DNA from: an uncultured Planctomycetales bacterium
GTDB taxonomy: Bacteria; Planctomycetota; Phycisphaerae; UBA1845; PWPN01
Length of the DNA stretch: 64,000 bases
Direction: 5' to 3'
Assembly: GCA_964569765.1 (NCBI GenBank)
Contig: CAZMVY010000001.1
Location: 4-64,003 of the forward strand
Part shown: positions 1 through 8,970 of the stretch, in pieces
Layout of the letters: each line of letters begins with the position of its first letter
Position numbering within the stretch: position 1 is the stretch's first letter
Position numbers and translations under genes: made by a program
The notes under the pieces: generated by a model
What the model was told of the DNA's origin: nothing
Seen by the model: the letters and a program-made list of their open reading frames with translations, nothing else
The model's database searches: none

Positions 1-116
1 GCATGGCACCCGCGCGTTCTCCGTTCCCGCCGATGCTGTCACGGACCCCCGCCAACCGGTGTGGCAGGCGATGGCTGTGCGCGGTACTATTTCGCCGGAA
101 ACACGGAGGTTTACGC

Positions 117-1493
117 ATGAAGCTGACGATTGCCCTGTTGTCCGTCGCACTCGGCGCGTCGATCGCGGCCGCCGCCGACCGTCCGAACATCCTCTTCATT
201 CTCGCCGACGATGTGGGCCAGGAATGGCTCAGTTGTTACGGCGGAGAGCACAAGACCCCGAACCTCGACTCGCTTGCCGCAGGCGGCGTGCGGTTTGAAA
301 CGGCGTGGGCCACCCCGCTCTGCACGCCGACTCGGCACGAGCTGCTCACCGGGCGGTACCCCTTCCGCACCGGCTGGACCACGCACTGGGACACGCCCCG
401 CTGGGGCGGCCAGTACTTCGACTGGAACCGCGAGGTCACCTTCGCCCGCATGCTCCGCGATGCCGGTTACGCCACCGCCATCGCCGGAAAGTGGCAGATC
501 AACGACCTCCGTGCGCAGCCGGACGCGCTCGATCGGCACGGCTTCGACGAGCATTGCGTCTGGCCCGGCGTCGAGGCAGGCAACCCGCAGAGCGAGGCCC
601 GCTATTTCGATCCCTTTATGCAGATCAACGGCAAGCGCGGGATCCAGAAGGGCCGGTTCGGTCCCGACGTATGCCGCGAGTTTCTGATCGACTTCATGAA
701 GCGTAACCGGAGTCAGCCCTTTCTTGCGTACTACCCGATGCTGCTGGCGCACAGCCCCATGACAAAGACGCCGCACAATCTCGACACCGGTGCGAAGGGT
801 GCCGCTCTGTTCCCGGGGATGATCGACTACATCGACTTCGAGGTGGGCGATCTGGTCAAGGCCCTCGACGACCTGAAGATTCGCGAGAAGACAATCGTCT
901 TCTTCGCCGGGGATAACGGCTCGCCCGGGTTGACCGTGCGCATGAAGGGCCGTGAGGTCACCGGAGGGAAGAACAAGCTCACCGAAGCGGGCATCTGCAT
1001 GCCCTTCCTCGTGAACGGCCCCGGCCGCATCCTCGCCGGCCGCACGACCGACGAGCTCATCGACTTCAGCGACGTCTTCCCCACCCTTGCCGAGCTGACC
1101 GGCAGCAAGCTGCCGAAGGGCGTGATCCTCGACGGGCGGTCGTTCGTCTCCTTCATCACGGACAAGCCGCGCACCGGGCCGGCACGCGCCTGGATCTACT
1201 CGCAGTACGGACCGGCCCGCGTGATCCGCGACAAGCGGTACAAGCTCTACTCCGACGGCCGGTTCTACGACCTTCAGATGGACCCCGGTGAGCGGTTCGA
1301 CCTGGCCGACAGCGACAACCCCGACGTGATTACGAGTTCTCAGCGGCTGATGAAGGTTCTGAAATCCCTTCCGGCCGACGCGAGGCTCCCGTTCGAGCCT
1401 CGTAAGCCGCCGGAGCCGGAGCGCAAAGGCCGGCGTGAGCGGGCGAACGAAACGCCGATGGGTGAGGTCAAGGACCCCGGCGACCTGCGGTAG
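117..1493 (+). CDS. Cys-type sulfatase (arylsulfatase A family), secreted
   Basis: ORF 3..1493 trimmed to ATG 117, 7 nt after GGAGG (105-109). Signal peptide MKLTIALLSVALGASIAAAA. Sulfatase N-terminus NILFILADD and C-x-P-x-R motif CTPTRHELLTGR. Confidence 0.9.
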   Translation: MKLTIALLSVALGASIAAAADRPNILFILADDVGQEWLSCYGGEHKTPNLDSLAAGGVRFETAWATPLCTPTRHELLTGRYPFRTGWTTHWDTPRWGGQYFDWNREVTFARMLRDAGYATAIAGKWQINDLRAQPDALDRHGFDEHCVWPGVEAGNPQSEARYFDPFMQINGKRGIQKGRFGPDVCREFLIDFMKRNRSQPFLAYYPMLLAHSPMTKTPHNLDTGAKGAALFPGMIDYIDFEVGDLVKALDDLKIREKTIVFFAGDNGSPGLTVRMKGREVTGGKNKLTEAGICMPFLVNGPGRILAGRTTDELIDFSDVFPTLAELTGSKLPKGVILDGRSFVSFITDKPRTGPARAWIYSQYGPARVIRDKRYKLYSDGRFYDLQMDPGERFDLADSDNPDVITSSQRLMKVLKSLPADARLPFEPRKPPEPERKGRRERANETPMGEVKDPGDLR

Positions 1494-1596
1494 GCCGGGT
1501 TCGCGCAACGTAAGGTGGGCGCCGCGCCTGCCGCCCAGGTGGCGCCACAGTGGTCAGGTTGTCTGTACAGGTAGTTCACGCGGGAGAGTCACTGCC

Positions 1597-3090
1597 ATGT
1601 GTGAATCGTGTGGGGCACCCCTTCTGGATCGCCGTGAGTTCCTGGTCACCGCCGGCACGCTCGGGACGGCGGCCGCGCTCGGCGCGCGAGCGATGGCCGG
1701 ACAGCCGGAGACAATGCCCGCAACTCCGTTGCCGGAGCGTGAAAAGAAGCCCCCGAGGGTCCTCGTCGCCTTCCTGTATCCCCCGGCCGACGTCGTGAAC
1801 GAAGGCCGGATGGAGGATTCGTGGCGGAAGTACAACTGGTTCACGTGGCCGGGCAACCAGTTCGAGCCGGAGCAGCAGGAGCGAAAGTTCACGGCGAGAA
1901 TCCGGGAGATCGCGGAGAGGCTCGGCGTCGTCGTCGAGTTTCAGCCCCGGGCCATCTACCAGGAGGCGAAGGTCAGAGAGTTCGTCGCGACGGCCAGGGC
2001 TGCGAAGCCCGACGCCGTGCTGATCGTCAACTTCTGGAACACGTTCTCCAGATGGTCGCACACGATGGCGACAGAGTCCGGGGCGCCGACGGCGATCGTC
2101 TACCACTCGCTCGGCTCGAACCACCAACTGCCGCCGGATTACCTGCGAAACGCGGAAGGGCTCTACTACATCCACTCCGTCGAGAACTGGGAGGAGATCG
2201 CACGCGGCCTGTGCGCCGTGCGGGCGAAGAAGATGCTGGCGCAAAGCCGGCTGCTGCGCGTGTCGGGACGGGTGAGGTCACCGATGCGAGAGATGGAAAA
2301 GCGGCTCGGAACCGAGATCGTTGAGGTGCCGGCCGAGGAGTTCAACGCGACGTTCGACGGCATCGCCGACGACGAGGCGCTCGTCCGCGAGGCCATGGAT
2401 TTCAAGAAACGCGCGGCGCGGGTCATGGACGTGGAGGACAGGTACTTTGTGGACGGGATGCGGGCGCATCGCGCCGTGGCGGAAATGCGGCGGCGGTACG
2501 GCGCCGACGCAATCACGATCGAGTGCCTCCAGCTCAAGCACCGCAAGCCGTGTCTGAGCTTCGCCACGAACAACGGCGCGCTGATCCCGTCCGGCTGCGA
2601 GAACGATCTGAACGCCTCCCTCACACTCATGCTGGGGCGCTGGCTGCTGGATCGCGGCGGCTTTCAGCACAATCCGGAGTTCGACACGAGCGAGAACCGG
2701 TACTTCGGCGCGCACTGCACGTGCGCCTGGAAGCTGCACGGTCCCGACAGCCCGTCGCAGGACTATTTTGTGCGGCCGTTCTTCCACCAGTTGCCCAGGA
2801 CGGCGGCCCTCGATGTGCAGTGGACGCCCGGCGAGAAGGTCATCCTCGCGAAGTATCGATCGGAGGAAGGCATACTTTCGTGCTGGACCGGCACGGTGAT
2901 CGAATCGCCGACCTCGCCGCCGACGGGCGGCTGCGCGACACGGGTGCTGATGAACATCGACGGGGTGGACGACGTGTGCAAGGTGTACGCCGGACCGCAC
3001 CCGGTCCTCTTCTGCGGCGAGCGCGGCGACGCGCGGCGACTCAAGGCGTTCGCGCGGATGTATCGGCTGACGCTCCAGGGCAACGTGTAA
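1597..3090 (+). CDS. AraA/FucI-fold sugar isomerase-like protein with twin-arginine (Tat) signal
   Basis: ORF 1435..3090 trimmed to ATG 1597. Tat motif DRREFLVTAGTLGTAAALGARAMA. Blocks collinear with L-arabinose isomerase as I recall it: SGCENDLNASL vs GEGDWKTA, NPEFD..GAHCTC vs MEDY..GSHMLE, GPHPVLF vs GGAHHTVF. Product assignment is recall-based. Confidence 0.65.
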   Translation: MCESCGAPLLDRREFLVTAGTLGTAAALGARAMAGQPETMPATPLPEREKKPPRVLVAFLYPPADVVNEGRMEDSWRKYNWFTWPGNQFEPEQQERKFTARIREIAERLGVVVEFQPRAIYQEAKVREFVATARAAKPDAVLIVNFWNTFSRWSHTMATESGAPTAIVYHSLGSNHQLPPDYLRNAEGLYYIHSVENWEEIARGLCAVRAKKMLAQSRLLRVSGRVRSPMREMEKRLGTEIVEVPAEEFNATFDGIADDEALVREAMDFKKRAARVMDVEDRYFVDGMRAHRAVAEMRRRYGADAITIECLQLKHRKPCLSFATNNGALIPSGCENDLNASLTLMLGRWLLDRGGFQHNPEFDTSENRYFGAHCTCAWKLHGPDSPSQDYFVRPFFHQLPRTAALDVQWTPGEKVILAKYRSEEGILSCWTGTVIESPTSPPTGGCATRVLMNIDGVDDVCKVYAGPHPVLFCGERGDARRLKAFARMYRLTLQGNV

Positions 3091-3239
3091 GGATCTCCGG
3101 CGCCCGTTCGACGCGACTCGTCCGGTGCGAAACCGCTCCGGCGAAGAGAGTATCCTCACACCGAAGACGGCACTGGAACAGTTCCGGCCGATCCGGTACA
3201 AGTGTAGCCGGCGCGGCGCGGTGCCCGCCGTAAGGCAGC

Positions 3240-4301
3240 TTGAAGATGGAGGATGACTCTGTGGCCACACTCACGAAATACCGCTTCTCATTCGGTCCCT
3301 GGAACATCCATGAAGGCGCGGACCCGTTCGGCCCGACGGTCCGCCAACCGATCAGCTTTTCGAAGAAGCTCAAGGTCTACAAGAAGCTCGGCTTTGACGG
3401 CGTGCAGTTTCACGACGATGACGCCGTGCCCGACATCGACACGAAGTCGCCCAGGCAGGTATGCAACGAGGCTCGCCGGGTCCGTCGGATGCTCGACAAC
3501 GAGGGCCTCGAAGCCGAGTTCGTCGCTCCGCGCCTGTGGGAAAGCCCGATGACAATCGACGGCGGCTACACCAGCTACGACCCGAAGTGCCGCAAATATG
3601 CGAGCACGCGTTCGCTCCAGACGAGCGACATCGCCAACGAGCTCGGCACGCACAAGATCGGCCTCTGGCTCGCCCGCGAAGGGACGTACATTCGCGAATC
3701 CAAGAACGCCCGGGAGGCCTATCAGCGACTGCTTGATGCCATCAACATGATGCTCGATCACGACCCGCAGGTGCTCATCCTCATCGAACCGAAGCCCAAC
3801 GAGCCTATGGACCATGCCTACGTGCCCACGATCGGCCATGCGATCGCCATGGCGTACGAGACGAAGGATCCGGGCCGTGTCGGCGGGCTTATCGAGACCG
3901 CCCACGCCCTGCTGGCCGGCCTCGACCCGTCCGACGAGATGGCCTTCGCCCTGCAGCACAAGAAGCTCTGGAGCGTTCACCTGAACGATCAGAACGGTCT
4001 GAAGTTTGATCAGGACAAGAGCTTCGGCGCCGCGAATCTCCGTGCGGCGTTCAATCAGGTCCGCGTGCTTGAGGAGGGCGGCTTCGGCCGCAACGGAGAG
4101 TTCGTCGGCCTCGACGTAAAGGTCATGCGCACGCAGAAGCAGGCGAACAACACGGCCCACCTGGCCAACAGCAAGCGGTTCTTCGAGCTGCTCCTGCACA
4201 AGGTGCGAACGTTCGACCGCCGTGCCGAGGCGAAGCTCATCGCTGCCCGCGACTACGAGGGCCTCGAACGCCTCGTGATCGAGCACCTGCTCGGGGCATA
4301 A
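3240..4301 (+). CDS. Xylose isomerase family protein (class-I XylA-like TIM barrel), divergent
   Basis: Motifs shared with actinobacterial XylA: FSFGPW, FHDDDAVP, IEPKPNEP, PTIGHAIA, ETAH, HKKL..LN.Q.G.KFDQD, IEHLLGA. Start is TTG 3240 or ATG 3246. Confidence 0.85.
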   Translation: MKMEDDSVATLTKYRFSFGPWNIHEGADPFGPTVRQPISFSKKLKVYKKLGFDGVQFHDDDAVPDIDTKSPRQVCNEARRVRRMLDNEGLEAEFVAPRLWESPMTIDGGYTSYDPKCRKYASTRSLQTSDIANELGTHKIGLWLAREGTYIRESKNAREAYQRLLDAINMMLDHDPQVLILIEPKPNEPMDHAYVPTIGHAIAMAYETKDPGRVGGLIETAHALLAGLDPSDEMAFALQHKKLWSVHLNDQNGLKFDQDKSFGAANLRAAFNQVRVLEEGGFGRNGEFVGLDVKVMRTQKQANNTAHLANSKRFFELLLHKVRTFDRRAEAKLIAARDYEGLERLVIEHLLGA

Positions 4302-4343
4302 CGGCACGGTTCCTCGCACCCTCGGCCGGGCGGCGGGCCGCGA

Positions 4344-5090
4344 TCAGAGGCCCAAGAGGCGCCGGGCGTTGCCGGCGGAGACCGCTTCTCGTACGGTATC
4401 GTTCACCTTCGCCGAGGTCAGCTTGGCGACATTGCACGCAGGGTAGTGCAGCGGCATGCCCGTGCCGAACAGCACGCGGTGGGCGCCGACCGCCTCGACG
4501 GTCCGCCGCAGCGCTTCGAGGGCCTGCATGCACGTCAGCTCGATCGCGACGTTCGGACACCTTTGCATCACGATCACGGCAGCCCGGAATTCCGTGAGAT
4601 AGTTCGGCCCGCTGAGGATGAATTGTGCCGCCGGGTGTCGCTCGGCGAGCGCGCCGATTCCTTCGATCGGGTACGTGGCGAAGCGGAAGTTCATCATCGG
4701 CCGTGTGCAGACGATCGCCGGAATGTGAAGCTCTGCGGCCGCCTCGCACACCTCGTCAGCGAACGGATCGTACAACCGGTAGGCGTGGAGCAGCGGATAC
4801 AGGCGCACACCGCGAAACCCCTGCTCCGCCAGCGCCCGAAGCTCCGCGGCCCCGCCGCCGTTCATTGGACTGAGCACCGCAAGGGGCGTCAGCCGATCCC
4901 CGTGCGCCCGGGCCGCCGCCAGCGTCTCCGCGTTCGCCTCCCGCCGCTCGCCGTACATCCCGCGGAGCGACGTAATCGCCGCGCGATCGATCCCGTGCCG
5001 ATCCATGAGGCGCAGCACATCCTCGATGCCCGAATGCCGCAACGGCCAGAACTGCCACGGTCCGAAGAATGCGTTGATGTCGAACCGCAT
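4344..5090 (-). CDS. Amidohydrolase_2 family (TIM-barrel metal-dependent hydrolase)
   Basis: 248-aa ORF starting 2 nt after the upstream gene's stop. Family-typical length and C-terminal FGTGMPL / ..GNARRLLGL. Paralog-like to 5093..5824. Confidence 0.75.
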   Translation of the reverse strand: MRFDINAFFGPWQFWPLRHSGIEDVLRLMDRHGIDRAAITSLRGMYGERREANAETLAAARAHGDRLTPLAVLSPMNGGGAAELRALAEQGFRGVRLYPLLHAYRLYDPFADEVCEAAAELHIPAIVCTRPMMNFRFATYPIEGIGALAERHPAAQFILSGPNYLTEFRAAVIVMQRCPNVAIELTCMQALEALRRTVEAVGAHRVLFGTGMPLHYPACNVAKLTSAKVNDTVREAVSAGNARRLLGL

Positions 5091-5092
5091 CG

Positions 5093-5824
5093 CTATAGCC
5101 CCAGCAGACGCTCCAGATTCCCGCCCAGAATCAGCCGCTTCGCCTCTGCCGGTATCGCGGCGGCCTCCACCTTCGCCCGCTGCACCCAGGGATCAAGCAA
5201 CGGCATGTCCGAACCGAACAGAATCCTCTCGGGGCCCAGCCGCTCGACCGCATGCTCCAGCATCCCGTCATCCATCTGCGACGTGGCCGTATCGAGATAC
5301 AGGTTCGCGTGCCGCTCCGCCACCTCGACCGCCAGATGCCAGTTGCCGAACGCGTACGGTTGTCCCGCCATATGTGCCATCACCAGCTTCACATCCGGCA
5401 CGTGTCGCAGGAGATGGTCGCACTCGCCGGGTGTCAGGTGTCCGAGGACCACCAGCCCCAGCTCTGCCGCCGTTTCCAGCACGGGGTACGTCCACGCCTC
5501 CGTGACGGGCGCCTCCGGATGCGAGTAGAGCTTGACGCCCCGCACCCCGTACCTCTCGACGCAGCGCCGCACCTCGGCCACGGCCGCCGCTCCATACCGC
5601 GGCGAGGGAATCGTTGCATAACCGAACAGCCGGTCGCCATGCCGCGCCAGTTCCGTGCCGAGCCGGTCGTTACCTTCTCGCATGTCATGCCACAGCGCCG
5701 TTACGTGCGTCACGAAAAGACGATCGACGCCGACCTCGTCCGCCAGGGCAATCAGCATGTCCGCCGTCGCATCGATCTGGAGAAACTGCGACGTTCCGAT
5801 ATGTACGTGTCCGTCAATGATCAT
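5093..5824 (-). CDS. Amidohydrolase_2 family (TIM-barrel metal-dependent hydrolase)
   Basis: N-terminal metal motif MIIDGHVHIG. C-terminal FGSDMPL...LGGNLERLLGL. Confidence 0.8.
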   Translation of the reverse strand: MIIDGHVHIGTSQFLQIDATADMLIALADEVGVDRLFVTHVTALWHDMREGNDRLGTELARHGDRLFGYATIPSPRYGAAAVAEVRRCVERYGVRGVKLYSHPEAPVTEAWTYPVLETAAELGLVVLGHLTPGECDHLLRHVPDVKLVMAHMAGQPYAFGNWHLAVEVAERHANLYLDTATSQMDDGMLEHAVERLGPERILFGSDMPLLDPWVQRAKVEAAAIPAEAKRLILGGNLERLLGL

Positions 5825-5873
5825 CGACGCTCACGAGTCGACGGCCGGGCGAGGCCGGTACGGCATAGCCGTT

Positions 5874-8798
5874 TCAATGTTCCGCCCGCCGCTCCGTGCT
5901 TTCGCCGGCCGGCTTCGCCGCCTCTGGCGGCACGATTTCCACTTCGATCGGACTCCGCCACGAAAGTGCCAGCCGCTTCAGTTCTCCATACCAGTCGTCG
6001 ATCGTCGGGCATCGCGGATACTGTCGCCCGCGAAGCCAGTCCGCCTGGATGACATAGGCCAGTTCACGGCCCACCTGCGCCCGCAGCCGGACCCTGCGCT
6101 CACCGGGCAACTCGACCACGCCGGCGAATACCTCCGGCTCGAAGATCAGCCCCATCCCGATCGTACCGATGACCGTCGTCTGCCGCCCCCAGGTCGCAAA
6201 GACCCCCGCGTTAGCGTCCACAATCATTCGCTCGTCGCGCAAGCGCGTGAAGCCCGGCGCCAGGCACACCGGATCCGACGTCGCCGGCCCGCTCACGAGC
6301 ACGCGCACCGGTGACTCCTGCCGTCCTGCGACGGCCATGCAGCGGACGCGCACCTTGTACGGCCCGACCTTGTCCGCCGTGAACTCGATCGCCGCACGCA
6401 CGGGGCCTTCGGCAAGGGCCCTCTTCGTGAACTCGATCGTCCCCTTGCCCTCCGGGGTCTGTACGGGGTATTCCCGCTCACCGACGTACAGCGTCAGGCC
6501 GCCCAGCCCAGGGCCCGCCCCCACATTCAGCGCGTCGATGCCCCACTCCGTCTCGTCGTGGTAGCTCTGGCGGCCGATCGTCGGCAGAATCAGCCGATCG
6601 ACCTTCTTTCCGAAGAAGTCAAACTGTCCCCAGTACACCCGGTAGCAGATCCGCTCGGATTCCCACCCGATGTTCGGCGGTATCCAGTCCTGCGCGGTCG
6701 CCGTCCGGTTCACAAAGGGCGGCCGGGCTTCGTCCTTCGTCGCACGGCTCAACCAGTACGTCTCGCTTCCTCCGGGATCCAGCGAAGCCGTGAAGCACAG
6801 TTCCTCGCGATCGTCCGGCCCGGCCCTGTCCACCTGGTGCGGAATCCGCCGCCAGGCCAGCCATCGATTCCCGGCCAGCACGGCCACATCGCCCGGTTGG
6901 AAATCCGTCGCCGCCTTGCGGAGGGCCTCCGTGCTCACCGCCACCAGCTCGCCCTCGCGCAGAATATCTGCCGTGTTCACAAGGCGGACGCCGAGTCTCT
7001 CAATCGCTCCCTCGTCCGGCCCGGCCGGCCCGGCCGGAGTTTGCGGCAGGCCTGTGTGAATGGCCTCCCGGATCCATCGCGCCGTTGCCGTGAAGTCGCC
7101 CGCCGCGTAGAGTTTCCGCAGCTTCGAAACCTGTTCCGTGTCCGGCAACAGTTTCTCCAACCGGATGTAGTACCGATCCCGCACGAGATCCTGATAGTAT
7201 CGGGCGGTATTGCGGCTCGCCCGCATCCGCTCGCCGACGCGATGCTCCGGCAGGAAACCCGCGAGTTTTTCCGCATAAAACTGTTCGACGGCGTCCAGCG
7301 TGAAGACCGGCTCCTTCGCGTGCAGCACCGCCTTCATCAGGTCGATGAGCATCTGGTTGTCCGCCAGAGCCGTCGCCAGAGCCGCACGGTATGTGTCGGC
7401 GATGCAACCCTCCTCCAACGGTACATCGTCCACCTTCGGCGGCTCGCGATACAGGATCAGTTCCGGCTCGCCGGTGGCATCCATGTCGATCTCCCGGACC
7501 TCGAGAACTCCATCCGCATCGATGTCGCGGAACGTGTATCGCATATCGATCTTGTGATCGAGGTCGTAGTCCACGTCGATCCAGGCCTCATCGGCCCCGC
7601 GGAGGTGAATCCGATGATCCGCCGGATCGTAATAGAGCCGCGTGGGCCCGTCCGGAACCAGGTCCAGTTCGTTTCGCTTGTTGGTCGGGCCGCACGTCGG
7701 CCCGCCAATCCCCGGAAAGTTCTTTGAAGGGTGCGCAATGACGCCTTCCCACCGCAGATGCGGGTCGCGCTCATAATCCCCGTCGGTGTTCAGATCGTTC
7801 TCGTCCCATGTCAGCAGCGTCCGCGCCCACTGCGTCCGATTGACGAATTGCCGGGCTCGGTCGTGCGCGAGATACGGCCCGGTCGGAATCCCGCGGATCC
7901 GTGTTGCCGTGCACCATAACGGATCAGGCCGAAGGCGCGACTTGCCGGGCGTGGGCGACTTCTCGCCGAGCGTGTGACCCGGCGCCAGCGACGTCAGCGA
8001 GAAATCGTAATGGTGCGGCATCGTCCGGCAGCTTCCATTGTCCGCGTCGAAGCTGTACCGGATCGACTCGATCTGCTCCGCCTTGCCGCTGATCCGGAGG
8101 ACGACCTCCGACTCCCCGTCGCCGTCCGTGTCGTAGAAGAGAAACGGATTCTCGAAGATCGGCTCCCATCGCACGGCGCCGGGCGACAGAGCAAACAGGC
8201 AGAACATCTCGTCGCCGCCGAAGTGCGTTCGCCACTGGCAATCCGCCTGCCGGTATGTGTAGTTCACGTCGTACCAGACCCGGTTGCGGTCGGCGAGATC
8301 CCAGTCCCACCAGACGCGCAGCGCATCGGCGCCCATGTAACGGTCGTTCGGCGAAAAGAAGAAGATCCCCATCTCGTCCACGTCTCCGTCACCGTCGTCA
8401 TCTTGATAGGAGATTACGGAATCCACCGTGCCGTCCGCGTGCCAGTCGGCAAGGTAGAGATCCGCGTCCTGGTCCGGTTCGCCTCCCTTCACGAGATCTC
8501 CGTCTTCGTCAATCACCCGGACGAGAATCGGCCGGCACTGTTCCTGATGCCGCGAGTCCGTGTCGATGAACCAGACCTCGGCCGGACGCTCCGCGGTGCG
8601 GTCCACATAGTATCGCGTTCCCGGCGCGAGCGACTTCACCTCCGCCACCGTCGCCGGGTCGAGTTTCGCGTAGTCGCCGAACACCCGCTCGAAAAGCGCC
8701 TGCTTCGACGGCGGGTCGGTCGCTGCACCGGCCGCCGTACCGGCCGTGACGAAGATCAGCCAGATCGAGCTTGCGTATGATGTTCCGATCCGCATCAT
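5874..8798 (-). CDS. Large secreted protein P1: Asp-rich Ca-loop repeat region plus extra C-terminal ~400-aa domain (possibly DUF4861-like)
   Basis: 974-aa ORF with signal peptide MMRIGTSYASSIWLIFVTAGTAAGA. D-x-D-x-D-G loops: DDDGDGDVDE, YDTDGDGESE, DIDADGVLE. Paralogous to 13192..15078. C-terminal GWESERICYRVYWGQFDFFGKK resembles DUF4861 from memory only. Confidence 0.8.
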   Translation of the reverse strand: MMRIGTSYASSIWLIFVTAGTAAGAATDPPSKQALFERVFGDYAKLDPATVAEVKSLAPGTRYYVDRTAERPAEVWFIDTDSRHQEQCRPILVRVIDEDGDLVKGGEPDQDADLYLADWHADGTVDSVISYQDDDGDGDVDEMGIFFFSPNDRYMGADALRVWWDWDLADRNRVWYDVNYTYRQADCQWRTHFGGDEMFCLFALSPGAVRWEPIFENPFLFYDTDGDGESEVVLRISGKAEQIESIRYSFDADNGSCRTMPHHYDFSLTSLAPGHTLGEKSPTPGKSRLRPDPLWCTATRIRGIPTGPYLAHDRARQFVNRTQWARTLLTWDENDLNTDGDYERDPHLRWEGVIAHPSKNFPGIGGPTCGPTNKRNELDLVPDGPTRLYYDPADHRIHLRGADEAWIDVDYDLDHKIDMRYTFRDIDADGVLEVREIDMDATGEPELILYREPPKVDDVPLEEGCIADTYRAALATALADNQMLIDLMKAVLHAKEPVFTLDAVEQFYAEKLAGFLPEHRVGERMRASRNTARYYQDLVRDRYYIRLEKLLPDTEQVSKLRKLYAAGDFTATARWIREAIHTGLPQTPAGPAGPDEGAIERLGVRLVNTADILREGELVAVSTEALRKAATDFQPGDVAVLAGNRWLAWRRIPHQVDRAGPDDREELCFTASLDPGGSETYWLSRATKDEARPPFVNRTATAQDWIPPNIGWESERICYRVYWGQFDFFGKKVDRLILPTIGRQSYHDETEWGIDALNVGAGPGLGGLTLYVGEREYPVQTPEGKGTIEFTKRALAEGPVRAAIEFTADKVGPYKVRVRCMAVAGRQESPVRVLVSGPATSDPVCLAPGFTRLRDERMIVDANAGVFATWGRQTTVIGTIGMGLIFEPEVFAGVVELPGERRVRLRAQVGRELAYVIQADWLRGRQYPRCPTIDDWYGELKRLALSWRSPIEVEIVPPEAAKPAGESTERRAEH

Positions 8799-8970
8799 AT
8801 CTGCCCCACAGTATCAATCCCGCACAGTCAGCCTGCGTAGCTTATCGGCGTCCGTGCAGATACGGCCCGCCTCTGGAATTCTCGCGGACCGTGAACGCTT
8901 CAGGAAACAACAGTGCGGATTGCGGGTGTCTATGGCATCCGTGTCCTTCGTCGCACTGTCGCCTCGGCGC

